A program made the position numbers and the translations under genes. A DNA stretch of 64,000 bases from Acidobacteriota bacterium (GTDB lineage: Bacteria > Acidobacteriota > UBA890 > WLXD01), in assembly GCA_963666215.2 (NCBI GenBank), contig CAXWPL010000001.1, positions 256,001-320,000 of the forward strand, given 5' to 3'. The notes beneath the pieces were generated by a model. The model searched no databases. It saw only the letters and a list, made by a program, of their open reading frames with translations, and had not been told where the DNA came from. Positions 30,021 to 39,945 of the stretch are shown here, piece after piece. Every line of letters begins with the position of its first letter. The first letter of the stretch is position 1.

Positions 30021-30287
30021 ATGAACGAGCATCACGTCGTCATCTACACATCGTCCGGGTGAGCCCCCTGTAAACAGGCGAAGGAGTTTCTTTCGCAAAG
30101 GGGGGTCGAGTTCGAAGAGATCGACATCAGTGCGTTGGACAACCCGATGGAGACGCTGCGGCGCATCACTGGGGGCATGGTGGCAACACCGACCGTCGTG
30201 ATCGGCGGCGAGGCGAAGGTCGGGTTCGATCCCGAGTGGATGGAGAGCCGACTGCAGGCGGCTGCTGAAGCGAGCGAAACCGAATAG
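30021..30287 (+). CDS. Selenocysteine-containing glutaredoxin/NrdH-like redoxin (UxxC)
   Basis: Manual translation MNEHHVVIYTSSG-U(TGA 30060-30062)-APCKQAKEFLSQRGVEFEEIDI...ATPTVVIGG...GFD, 88 aa; TGA occupies first Cys of CxxC. Confidence 0.88.
30063..30105 (+). promoter_or_regulatory. Bacterial SECIS-like hairpin
   Basis: Immediately 3' of in-frame TGA: lower stem CCCCCT/AGGGGG, apical stem GCGAAGG/CTTTCGC with a short G-containing loop. Confidence 0.75.
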
Positions 30288-30341
30288 CGGCGAGCGGCCA
30301 ACTGAGCTCGACACGACCGTTCCAGCCAGAGGCGACGTCGA

Positions 30342-31235
30342 ATGCCCATACCTGCCCCGCCCTACCTGACCAGGCCTCTCTGCGTCGGTATCACGCTGGC
30401 GGCCGCCTTGGCGTCAACGCCGGCGCCACCAGCCTCCGCGACGCTCGGCAACCCCGCGCTCCGTGAGGCGGCGATGTCGACGGCCACTGCTCCGCCGCCC
30501 GAGTCTTTCTACGAACCCTGGAAGCGAGTGCTCGCCGCCTACGTCGACGATGAAGGCCTGGTCGACTACGCCGGGCTCGCCGCAGGCGGCTGGGCGGAGC
30601 TCGAGAAGTTCATGAAAGTGCTCGCCGACGCCAACCCCGACGCCTTTGCGAACGACGACGAGCGCATCGCGTTCTGGATCAACGCCTACAACGCGGTGGT
30701 GATTTGGCAAGCTGTCGAGCGCTACCCCATTGACTCGGTGCGGGATGTTGGTGCTCTGTGGGGCCTCGTCGGCGGCTTCTTCAAGAACGAGTACCGCGTC
30801 GCCGGTCGCGATATGAGCGCCGACGACATCGAGGACGGCACCCTGCGAGCCAACTGGTCTGACACGCGTATCCACTGGGCGCTCGTCTGCGCCGCTTTCG
30901 GCTGCCCCCGCCTGCTAAATCGGCCGTACCTCGCCAGCGATCTCGACGATGTGCTCACCGAGCGCGCACGCGAGTTTCTCGGGCAGCCCCGCGGCCTGCA
31001 GCTGGACCGCGCTGCCAACACGGTCTACCTGTCGAGTTATTTCGACTGGTACGCCGGCGACTTCGAGGCGGAATCAGGCGATATCGTCAGTTACGTGCTG
31101 CGCTATGCGCCAGAGAGCGACGCCGACTTCATCCGGACTCATCGTGAGCAGCTCCGCGTGCGGATCATGGACTACGACTGGGCGCTCAACGACCAGCCGA
31201 GCGGCCCACGTAGTCGACGCCCGGTGCCGCGCTAA
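30342..31235 (+). CDS. DUF547 domain-containing secreted protein
   Basis: YVDDEGLVDY, AFWINAYNA, RIHWALVCAAFGCP, LSSYFDWYAGDF, YDWALN. Confidence 0.88.
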   Translation: MPIPAPPYLTRPLCVGITLAAALASTPAPPASATLGNPALREAAMSTATAPPPESFYEPWKRVLAAYVDDEGLVDYAGLAAGGWAELEKFMKVLADANPDAFANDDERIAFWINAYNAVVIWQAVERYPIDSVRDVGALWGLVGGFFKNEYRVAGRDMSADDIEDGTLRANWSDTRIHWALVCAAFGCPRLLNRPYLASDLDDVLTERAREFLGQPRGLQLDRAANTVYLSSYFDWYAGDFEAESGDIVSYVLRYAPESDADFIRTHREQLRVRIMDYDWALNDQPSGPRSRRPVPR

Positions 31236-31286
31236 GCCGCTTGATTGGCGATCCCCCAGCTCTCGGGGATCCGGCTCGATACCGTC

Positions 31287-32072
31287 CTAGTGGCCCCGTG
31301 CCCGCGTGAGTCGCCGTAAAGCCCGCGCGGTTGCGTAGTCGGCAGAGGCGCGCATGCGGGCAACCTGGAGGCCAACCGCGCCGTCGCGGAAGCCCTGCTG
31401 GCCAACAAAGCGTTTGAGGAAAGCGACGGCCGGGCGCAGGAGGAGGTAGTACGGCACTTTCGAGAGCGTCACGCGTCGCCCCATGTCGTACCAATCCTCA
31501 GCCGCAAGGCGCGCATAGCGCTCCGATTTCGCGCGGAACACGGCCGCATCGTCGCCGGTGTGGTGATCAACGTGGCCGGACAGCACGGCGCTGCGTGAGG
31601 AATCGTCGAGAACCGCGAACTCGTGGACCCGGCGATCGTCGAAGCGGGCGCGGCCACGCCGAAACAGACGTAGGTGGGCTAGCTTGTACCAGCCTGAGTA
31701 GCGCACCTCGCGGCCGAACAACGTTGTCAACCGTCGTACCAGATAGCCGTCGACGAACGGACTGTCGGTTTCGAGCGCGACCTGGATCGCGGCGGCGAGC
31801 TCGCCGTTGAGGCGCTCGTCGGCATCCAAGAGAAGGATCCAATCGCCGGTCGCCTGCTCGATGGCAAACTGCTTCTGGAGTCCGAAGCGATCGAGGGTTC
31901 GTGACAGAAACTGAGCGCCGTGTCGCACCGCGACTTCGCGCGTAGCGTCGGTGGAGTTGTCGTCGACGATCACGATCTCGTCGGCGAACGGCACCGAGCC
32001 CAGGCAGCCTTCGAGCGTCTGTTCCTCGTTGCGCGTGATGACGACGAGCGACAACTTGGCCATCGGAGTCAT
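31287..32072 (-). CDS. Glycosyltransferase family 2 (WaaE/KdtX-like)
   Basis: ITRNEE, VDDNSTDAT, QKQFAI, LLLDADE, RVHE, GFRDG. Confidence 0.9.
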   Translation of the reverse strand: MTPMAKLSLVVITRNEEQTLEGCLGSVPFADEIVIVDDNSTDATREVAVRHGAQFLSRTLDRFGLQKQFAIEQATGDWILLLDADERLNGELAAAIQVALETDSPFVDGYLVRRLTTLFGREVRYSGWYKLAHLRLFRRGRARFDDRRVHEFAVLDDSSRSAVLSGHVDHHTGDDAAVFRAKSERYARLAAEDWYDMGRRVTLSKVPYYLLLRPAVAFLKRFVGQQGFRDGAVGLQVARMRASADYATARALRRLTRARGH

Positions 32073-32086
32073 TCGAAAGAGTGGCG

Positions 32087-32542
32087 CTAGCGGGGCCGGG
32101 GTGCGTCGCCCTCGATCGCAAGCAGGCCAGCTCGAAACTCCGCGGGCATCGGCATGCTTGCCTCGGCAACGTAGTCGTACATCACTTGAACTGTCATGCC
32201 TTCTGCGATCAGCGCGGCATCGTCGTCGCGAACGAGACGATAGGCGAAGTCGAAAGAGCGAGTCCCGAGACGGCCGGCGCGCACCCCCAACGTCAGGCGG
32301 TCACCGACGTGCGCCGCAAGGCGAAAGTCGATCTCGGGCCTCGCGAGAACGAACGGTACGCTGGCGTAGTCGGGGTCGTACGTACCGGCCGCGGCCACAT
32401 CGACGAGCCGTCGCCAGTAGCCCATGCGTCCGTTCTCGAAGTACGTCAGGTAAACGGCGTTGTTGGCGTGCCGTATCGCGTCGGTGTCGCGAAAGCTGAC
32501 TTCGATCGGCACGAGAACCTTGAACTCGTCGAATCCCTGCAT
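32087..32542 (-). CDS. Acyl-CoA thioesterase (4HBT/YbgC family)
   Basis: FRDTDAIRHANNAVYLTYFENGR, GTRSF, AEGMTVQV. Confidence 0.88.
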   Translation of the reverse strand: MQGFDEFKVLVPIEVSFRDTDAIRHANNAVYLTYFENGRMGYWRRLVDVAAAGTYDPDYASVPFVLARPEIDFRLAAHVGDRLTLGVRAGRLGTRSFDFAYRLVRDDDAALIAEGMTVQVMYDYVAEASMPMPAEFRAGLLAIEGDAPRPR

Positions 32543-32675
32543 GCCGCCGGAGTATATCGACGCGCCCGCCAAGCAGTACCCGCCAAAGGGCTCGAGCTCG
32601 CGCGAGCGTGACGGGCGGCTACGCAGCCGTCGCGCTGGCGGGTCGTGGCGGAAACTTTCCAGGGCGCGGCGCCGT

Positions 32676-33995
32676 TCAGACAGTCAAACCGTGGGTAACC
32701 GCGTGCTCGAACGCGTCGCAGAAGCGGTCGAGCTCTTCGAGCGTTGTGAACACGCTCGGGGAGATTCTCAGGCCGGTGTACTCGTCGTGGTTGATGGCCA
32801 CACTGATGATCTTGTGCTCGCGCCACAGCCAGCTGTTGAGCTCCGACGTGTCGAGGCCGCGCACGCCAACATTGGCAATGCCCGCCGCGAAGCCCGGCTT
32901 TTGACTCGTGTTGAGGTACACGCGGTCCGAGAAGGACTGCAACCGGTTCGCCCAATAGTCGCGCAAGAAGACCAGGCGTTCGGTCTTTCTGACGCTCCCG
33001 ATGCCCTGATGGAATGTCAGCGCGTCGCCGATCCCCAGGTAGTTGGCCGCCGGGTGGGTGCCGATCTCCTCGAACTTGCGAATATTGTCGTCCTGGGCCT
33101 GGTTCGCTGCCATCAGAGGCCACAGATTCTTGATCTTGTTGCGGCGGACGTAGAGCAAGCCGGTACCGTGCGGTGCGAACAGCCACTTATGCAGGCTGCT
33201 GGAGTAGTAGTCGCAGTCGAGGTCGGAAAGCTTGAAGTCGAAATGCGCCAGCGTATGGGCGCCGTCGACGATCACCGGAATCCCGCGCGCTCTCGCCATC
33301 TGCGCCACCTTGGCCACTGGCAGGATCTGCCCGGTGAGGTTAATCATGTGGCACATGTGAATGATCTTGGTGCGCGGCGTGATGTGGCTCTCGAAGGCTG
33401 CGACGATCTCGTCGGGGTTCTCCGACGGCACCGGAAGCGAGATCTGCGTGAGCACAACGCCCTCACGACGTTCACGCTGCTTGTAGGTGGTGATCATGCG
33501 GCCGTAGTCCTGATTGCTCGTCAGAATCTCGTCGCCTGGCTTCAGATCGATCCCGAATTGGCAAATCTGGAGTCCCTCGGAGGCGTTGCGCACCAGCGCG
33601 ATCTCCTCCGAGTCGACGGCCCACTCGCGAGCCAACCGTTCGCGCACCTGCTCACGCTGCGGCTCGAGGATCTGCCACATCGTGTAAGTGGGCGACGTGT
33701 TCGAGAAGGCGAGGTAGCGCTCCATCGCCTCCTGCACCACCACGGGTGACGGTGAGACCCCGCCGCTGTTCAGGTTGATGATTCCGGGCTCCGCCGAGAA
33801 GGCTTGCCGGACCTGATACCAGTAGTCTTCGTCTTCGGCGATCGCACTCGGGGCGCCGGGGTGAGCTTCGAGCTCGCCAGCCATTGCGAGCGCGCGCCCC
33901 ATCCGATCCGGCTCGAACAGCACCCCCGAGACCGCGGCCGTGGCCGGCATCGACATCCATCCGAAAAAGACGCGGCGATTCAGAGCGTTGCGCAT
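32676..33995 (-). CDS. Class V PLP aminotransferase-fold enzyme (isopenicillin-N epimerase-like) with Tat-like signal
   Basis: NRRVFF twin-arginine motif, NLNSGGVSPSP, RNASEGL, VDGAH, SSLHKW, EEIGT. Confidence 0.85.
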   Translation of the reverse strand: MRNALNRRVFFGWMSMPATAAVSGVLFEPDRMGRALAMAGELEAHPGAPSAIAEDEDYWYQVRQAFSAEPGIINLNSGGVSPSPVVVQEAMERYLAFSNTSPTYTMWQILEPQREQVRERLAREWAVDSEEIALVRNASEGLQICQFGIDLKPGDEILTSNQDYGRMITTYKQRERREGVVLTQISLPVPSENPDEIVAAFESHITPRTKIIHMCHMINLTGQILPVAKVAQMARARGIPVIVDGAHTLAHFDFKLSDLDCDYYSSSLHKWLFAPHGTGLLYVRRNKIKNLWPLMAANQAQDDNIRKFEEIGTHPAANYLGIGDALTFHQGIGSVRKTERLVFLRDYWANRLQSFSDRVYLNTSQKPGFAAGIANVGVRGLDTSELNSWLWREHKIISVAINHDEYTGLRISPSVFTTLEELDRFCDAFEHAVTHGLTV

Positions 33996-34148
33996 GCGAA
34001 ACCTCGAGGACGGCTGTGTTGGGTCGATCTTGAACAACGGCTGCGCGGATTCTACCGGTCCGGTGAGCAAACCGCGCGGGCAGGCGTGGATGACCGGATA
34101 ATCCGAGCTGGCGGAGTGCCGGAAATCAACGGCGGGGCTTGCTTATTG

Positions 34149-34178
34149 GATCGGATCTCGTTATAACGGAATCCGATC
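34149..34178. promoter_or_regulatory. 30-bp palindrome, putative PadR operator
   Basis: GATCGGAT-ct-CGTTATAACG-ga-ATCCGATC (13/15 pairs) in the divergent intergenic region just upstream of padR. Confidence 0.55.
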
Positions 34179-34223
34179 TAGTTGTTCAATCCCACCCAAC
34201 CCCGCATGGAAGACTGCACGCTC

Positions 34224-34565
34224 ATGGACGACGCTCACCAGTTCCTGCCACTTACGCCGCGAGTGCTCCACATCCTGCTGGCGCTGCTGCACGGTCCGCA
34301 GCACGGCTATCGAATCATGAAGGATGTCGAGGAGCTCAGCTCGGGCCTCGTGAAGATCGGCCCGGGCACGCTGTATGAAGCGATCCACGGACTACGCGAG
34401 AAGGCTCTGATCGAGCCCGCGGCCTCAGAAGGCGACGCTCGCCGCCGCGCCTATCGCCTCACAGAGCTCGGCCGCGACGTCGTAGCGGCCGAGACCAGCC
34501 GGCTCGCCGACGTTGTCGACTATGCGCGCTCGGCCGCCGCTGGCGGCACCGGAACCTCACGGTGA
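34224..34565 (+). CDS. PadR-family transcriptional regulator
   Basis: ILLALLHGPQHGYRIM, GPGTLYEAI, RRRAYRLTELGR; GTGA overlap with permease. Confidence 0.92.
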   Translation: MDDAHQFLPLTPRVLHILLALLHGPQHGYRIMKDVEELSSGLVKIGPGTLYEAIHGLREKALIEPAASEGDARRRAYRLTELGRDVVAAETSRLADVVDYARSAAAGGTGTSR

Positions 34566-37260
34566 GTCGCAAACTCTACCGCTGGACGCTGGTCGCCTAC
34601 CCGCCCTCCTTCCGCAACGAGTACGGCGATGAGATGGCCGAGACCTTCGCGGTGGGTCTCCAGAGTGCCACCGGACTGCGCGCTCGACTGGGATTCGTGC
34701 TCCGCTCGGGCCTCGACTTGGGAGTCTCTGCCGCGCGTCTGCGCCTGGATTCGCGGCGTGGTCGCGGCAAACGGGATGCCGATCATGGATTTGCTCGATT
34801 GGGCGGGCCTGGTCGACGTGGGAGCCGAGCAGGCGGCGACCGCACCGCAATCGACGGGTTGCTCAACGACCTCCGATTCTCGGCGCGCAGCCTTCTGCAT
34901 CGACCCGGCTTTGCTGCGATCGCCCTGATCACCCTGGCGGTGGGCATCGGCGCCAACGTCGCGATGTTCAGCCTCGTGAAGGCCACTCTTCTGCAGTCGT
35001 TGGGCTACGGCGAGCCCGAGCAGCTCGTAACGCTTCACTCGGCGATCGCGCGCGAGGGGATCGAGTTCGGACAGACCTCGATGGCCGACTTCCTCGACAT
35101 CCGTGAGCGCAACCGCGCCTTCGAAGCGGTTTCGCTGTGGTCATTTCGCTCCGCCAGCGTGGCCACCGACGAGGGCGCCGTGTGGATCTCTGGCGTGGCG
35201 GCGACAACCAACATCTTCGACCTGCTACAGGTGCGCCCTTTGTTGGGGAGTACATTCGCCATCGGCGACGACGGCCCCGACGGGCCGCGAAACGTGGTGA
35301 TCAGCGAGGGCCTGTGGAACACGCTGTTTGGCGGCCGCGCCGAGGCGATCGGAGAGTCGCTGCGTCTCGACGGCGTAGAGCACACAGTGGTCGGGATTGT
35401 GGCCGACGACGCAGCCTTTCCCGGTGGCACGCAACTGTGGGTGCCGCTGCCGCTCGAGCTCGAGAACGAGCCGCGCTATCGGCGAGTGTACTGGGGCTGG
35501 CGCGCGTAAAGCGCAACACCAGCGCGCTACAACTGCGGGAAGACCTCGACCGGATTGCAACCGAGCTCGCCAATGAGCACGAGGCCAGCAACGGTGGCGT
35601 TGCGCTGGCGACCCAGTCGGTGCACGACTATCGCTTTGGGCAGATGCGCGCGGCGCTCACGCTGGCCAGCGGAGCGGGCGCCGCTCTGCTCTTGATCGTG
35701 TGCGCTAATCTCGCGAACCTGCTGATCGCCCGTGGACTCGACCGCGCCAACGAGGTCGGCGTCCGCAGTGCCCTAGGCGCGAGCCAGGGACGGATCATCC
35801 GGCAACTGGCCACCGAGAACGCGTTGTTGGCCGTCGTCGGTGGCGCACTTGGCTTGGCCCTGGGTACCGGTCTCACAGCGGGCATCGATCGCTACGTTGC
35901 CGCCAACGGAACAGACTGGATCAACGTCAGCGTCGATGGGGGCGTGATCGTGTTCACGGTCGGCGTCTGTTTCCTGTCGACACTTCTGTTCGGTTTTCTG
36001 CCGGCGGTGGGCCTGGCACGGCAGGGCGCGAGATCGATTGCCGGAACCACGGGCCGATCGCGCGCCACCAGTGCCGGCCTACGATCGTCGCTCGTCGTCG
36101 TCGAGGTTGCGATCTCAACGGTGCTGCTGGTGGCAGCGGGACTCATGGTCCGCAGCCTGGTCGAGCTGCGTTCGGTCGACCCCGGGTTCGACCCCGAAGC
36201 CAGCTTGACCGTCACGATTCGACTACCCGCGGCGAACTACCGCTGGCTCGCGCGCGCCGACTTCGTACGCGCCACCGAGGAGAGCCTGGCCACGCTGCCG
36301 GGCGTTCAGGCGGTGGGTACGAGCGCAATGGTGCCGCTGGCAGGCACGGCATTCACGTCTGTTATCAGGTCTGGGCAAACTCCGGAGGAGGCACGCGGCA
36401 ATCCGCCGGTTCATTTCATGCCGGTCAGCGCCGGCTTCTTCAAAGCCATGGGAATACCTCTGCAGACTGGACGACTGTTCGAGGCCGACGACGGGCAGCG
36501 CGACGAGAACGGCGATCTGCTCGGCCGACCGGTCGCGATCGTCAACCGGACGATGGCCGAGCGCCTCTGGCCCGGGCGCGATCCGGTGGGGCTCGGCTTC
36601 CGCACAACCGGTGATGAGCAAGACACCATCGTGGTGGGAGTCGTCGGAGACGTGCGACAGGTCTCGCTGCGCGAGAGCTCAACGCTGCAGATGTATGTGC
36701 CGTTCGCGCAAGACCCCTGGCGGCTGATGAGCTTCGTCTTACGCACCGCGGGCGACCCACTGGCGCTCGCCGACGGCGCACGAGCGGTGATCCAGCAGGG
36801 AGATCCAGAGCTCGCGATCGCGCGCGTGGCGACGCTCAGCGATGTGCTGCAACAATCGCTGACAACAGAGCGCCTGTTCACCACACAGTTTTGGATGATC
36901 GGCGCCGTCGCTCTCGGACTCGCGGCCATTGGCCTTTATGGATTGATCACCCACTCGATCTCGCAACGAACGCGGGAGATCGGTATCCGCATGGCACTCG
37001 GTGCACGCTCAGCGAGCCTCGTTGTGATGGTGACCCGCCAGGCTGTCGGACTGGTTGCGCTGGGACTGGTGCTCGGCCTGGGAGCGGCCGTGGCGGGCTC
37101 GCGACTCCTGGAGAGCCAGCTGTTCGCCGTCAGTGCGCTCGACCCCGCGACCTACGCCGGCGTCGCCATCGCCCTACTGGCAGTAGCCGCGATCGCCGCC
37201 GCTGCGCCGGCACGACGGGCCGCGCGGGTGGAGCCGACTCAATCGTTGCGCAGCGAGTAG
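34562..37260 (+). CDS. ADOP-type duplicated ABC permease (MacB_PCD/FtsX repeats), frameshifted near 35493-35496
   Basis: N-half (DLRFSARSL, TLAVGIGANVAMFS) and C-half (CANLANLL, DPGF, IGLYG, RTREIGIRMALGA, PARRAARVEP) in different frames; one extra G in TGGGG joins VYWG to LARVK. Confidence 0.85.
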
Positions 37261-37311
37261 CCGGTTGCAGTGCTGAGATCGGGACGTTCGAGCCGCTAAA
37301 CAGAAGATGTG

Positions 37312-38427
37312 TCAGAGCTCAGACGGCAGCAGGAGGCGGATCCAACGATCCCGGCTGTTACCCATTGTGCTCTCGAGATCGACCCTCAACACCTTGCCGT
37401 CGGGCTCGATGTAGACCTTCTTGATGCCGTCACTGACCTCGATTTCCCACGCATGGAACCGCCGCGGTCCAAGCTCGATGTCGACGCTGGCGCCGAGCTC
37501 CATCTTGGTGCGTTCGAAATAGCGCCGCAGGTTGTTGATGTTGTTGCGCTCGCGGTGCACCCAGGGGTCGATGCGGATCATCTGGAACGGCGACACGTTG
37601 ATGCCGGCCGGCATGAAGAACATCACGTCGCGCTCGCCGTCCTCCTCCTCGAGCAAGGCCGGCATCATCAAGCTGAGAAGTCCGGGATTCGAAAAGGCCG
37701 GGTCGTTCTCACCGCAGAGCCCGCCGTAAGCATCGCCCAGGCAAGCGACGGACGAGGGGACAAACGTGAACAGCCCTCGCGGAATCGATAAATCCACGGT
37801 CTTGTCGCTGGCGATGCCAATCTTGAAGTCCCAGTTCCGCTCGTCGAACCAGACTTGCTTCTCCATCCTTCTGCCGTCAAACGAAAAGCGAACGAACCGG
37901 CGCCCGTAGCGCGACATCTCCTCACCCGCGATGCTGTGTTTTTCGACGTACTCGAGCTCGAGCGGGAACCCGTCGAGGTTTACCGTGAGCTCGCCTTCCA
38001 CCGAGACGTTGAGAAAGCGCCGCTGGGTATTCAGCGCCTGTCGTAAGAACTCGAAGCGCTCGTGCTCGAAAGCGAAGATCGCCCGCACGTCACGTGCGCC
38101 GTTGACGCCTGCTCCGTCGTCGAAATGATCGAGACGCAGCACCCAATCGGCCGACTCGCCCGCCCGCATCGAGTCTTCCGACCCCATCCGATAGCGCCGC
38201 TCCTCGCCGAGCTTGAAGCTGAACGCACCCATCATCATGCCCGTCGCGGTGTTCTGCGCCGCCGACTCCTCGGCGGCCAGAGCGCCCGCCTCCATTTCGA
38301 CGAGGGCCGCAAGCGGAAGCGCGGAAGCCAACGCGAGTAGCAGGACAGCAGCCAGCCCCTGCCGCAGTATCAGCGATCTCGAAACCGCGGCGCCGCGGTC
38401 CGTGACCGAGCCGCCCGTGCTCCTCAC
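37312..38427 (-). CDS. Secreted hypothetical protein, paralog of the adjacent upstream gene
   Basis: Signal-like hydrophobic segment; blocks shared with 38424..39596; GTG start overlaps upstream TGA. Confidence 0.7.
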   Translation of the reverse strand: MRSTGGSVTDRGAAVSRSLILRQGLAAVLLLALASALPLAALVEMEAGALAAEESAAQNTATGMMMGAFSFKLGEERRYRMGSEDSMRAGESADWVLRLDHFDDGAGVNGARDVRAIFAFEHERFEFLRQALNTQRRFLNVSVEGELTVNLDGFPLELEYVEKHSIAGEEMSRYGRRFVRFSFDGRRMEKQVWFDERNWDFKIGIASDKTVDLSIPRGLFTFVPSSVACLGDAYGGLCGENDPAFSNPGLLSLMMPALLEEEDGERDVMFFMPAGINVSPFQMIRIDPWVHRERNNINNLRRYFERTKMELGASVDIELGPRRFHAWEIEVSDGIKKVYIEPDGKVLRVDLESTMGNSRDRWIRLLLPSEL

Positions 38428-39596
38428 GAGCTTTCCGGGAGCGTGAGCTCGATCCACCGGTCGCTCGAGTTGCGCTCGCTCGGCTGCAGATCAACACGCA
38501 GGATCCTGCCGCTGGGCTCGAGATAGACGCGGCGCATCGGCCCCTCTACGTCGAGCTGCCACGCATGGAGCTGGCGGTCGCCAAGCTCGATCGTCGTACT
38601 CTCGCCGAGCTTCAGCGTGTTGATGTCGAAGTAGCGATCGTAGTTGGCGCGTGTGTCACGCTCGCGGATCGACCACTCGCGCACGTTCACCTGGCCAACC
38701 GGATTCCCTCCGAATCCGATCGGCTTGAAGAACACGAAGTCGCGCTGGTTGCCTGACTCGTCGTCGAGCATCGGCAGCAACGCCAGGCTCAGCAGCCCGG
38801 GATTGGCGAACGCTGGCTCCCAGTCACACGTATCGACCACGCCCGCGAGCAAACACCCCAGCGCCGACGGCATGAACACGAACACGCCGCTGGGGACCCG
38901 AGCGTCCACCGTGCCATGCCGAACCGGCGTGATCTCGAAATCCCACTCGCGCCCGCCGAACTCAAGCTCCTTGTGGATCTTGCGGTCGCGATAGGTGTAA
39001 CGAATGCGGTTCGGCGCACCGGCGTAGCGCGCTTGTTCGCCGGAACTGAGCTGGCGCTCCGAAAACTCGAGCTGCAGTGGAAAGCCATGCCGGTTGAGGC
39101 GTAACTCACCCTCCACAAGCACCATATGCGAGCGGCTGCCGGAGAGGTTGCCGAAGACACGGTCGGAGCGCTCGTGCGTAAGCGTGAAGACGGCCTCGAA
39201 GTCGTCGACGGAGCGGCCGGCATCCACGGCACTCCCGTCGAGCGTGCCGTCCACAACTCGATCAAGCTCGATCGTCCATGTCGCGTGCTCGGCGCCGCTG
39301 AGCGCACTTTCGGGTGCCAGTCGATACTCGCGCGATTCGCCAACCACGAACCCGAAAGCGCCCACGGCGGGCTCGCTCTGGCTGGGCGCGGACTCGCCGG
39401 CAACGGGATCAACCGCGAAGCCGATCCCGGCGGCCGCCCCGGTTAGCGCCAACAGCACGAGAGCAAGGCGCCCGTGAGCTCGCGAAGCCGGCGCCAGCCT
39501 CGTTGCCTCCGCCGTATCGCTGCGAAACAGCGCCACGGGAACACGATCCCGTCGGGATTTCCCGTGCCGCCGCGTCGATCTCAACATCAACTCCAA
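38424..39596 (-). CDS. Secreted hypothetical protein, paralog of the adjacent downstream gene (start uncertain)
   Basis: Signal-like segment; AFGFVVGESREY, VEGELRLNRHGFPL, PAFANPGLLSL, RVYLEPSGRILRVDL. Confidence 0.7.
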   Translation of the reverse strand: MELMLRSTRRHGKSRRDRVPVALFRSDTAEATRLAPASRAHGRLALVLLALTGAAAGIGFAVDPVAGESAPSQSEPAVGAFGFVVGESREYRLAPESALSGAEHATWTIELDRVVDGTLDGSAVDAGRSVDDFEAVFTLTHERSDRVFGNLSGSRSHMVLVEGELRLNRHGFPLQLEFSERQLSSGEQARYAGAPNRIRYTYRDRKIHKELEFGGREWDFEITPVRHGTVDARVPSGVFVFMPSALGCLLAGVVDTCDWEPAFANPGLLSLALLPMLDDESGNQRDFVFFKPIGFGGNPVGQVNVREWSIRERDTRANYDRYFDINTLKLGESTTIELGDRQLHAWQLDVEGPMRRVYLEPSGRILRVDLQPSERNSSDRWIELTLPESS

Positions 39597-39723
39597 GGGT
39601 CATGCAGAGGACAGAAATCCCGCCGTGCGCGATTTTGACTACTGTACCAGCAGCCTTCAATCTCCCGTGAGGGCTATCATTGCAGCCCATCATGCAGATC
39701 ACGCGCCGGAGACGACACAGGCC

Positions 39724-39945
39724 ATGAACGAGCTCGAGCCGTGCTGCCGAACCGAGGCTGAAAATACCCTCCGTCGCCATCGCGATGTCGCGGTGTGCGA
39801 CGACTGCGGCCAGCTCCTGCTCGCCTACGGCAACAATGCCGACTATGAGGCAACGCTCCAGGAGCTCGGCGACCACGCGGTTTCCTTCCAAGCCGGCACT
39901 CTGAGCCTGCCCGCCAAGCTGCTCGTGATCTCGAAAGAACGTTGA
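39724..39945 (+). CDS. Small Cys-rich hypothetical protein (CC...CxxC)
   Basis: 73 aa from ATG 39724; stop overlaps the patatin gene start (TTGA). Confidence 0.55.
   Translation: MNELEPCCRTEAENTLRRHRDVAVCDDCGQLLLAYGNNADYEATLQELGDHAVSFQAGTLSLPAKLLVISKER

Noticed and set aside
29434-30330. Integrated element at tRNA-Gln
   Set aside because: No integrase and only a short chance match (CCAGCCA) to the tRNA 3' end
31287-32542. GT2 and thioesterase as part of the sphingolipid cluster
   Set aside because: Separated by the tRNA and other genes; GT2 looks like a generic WaaE-type enzyme; no direct support
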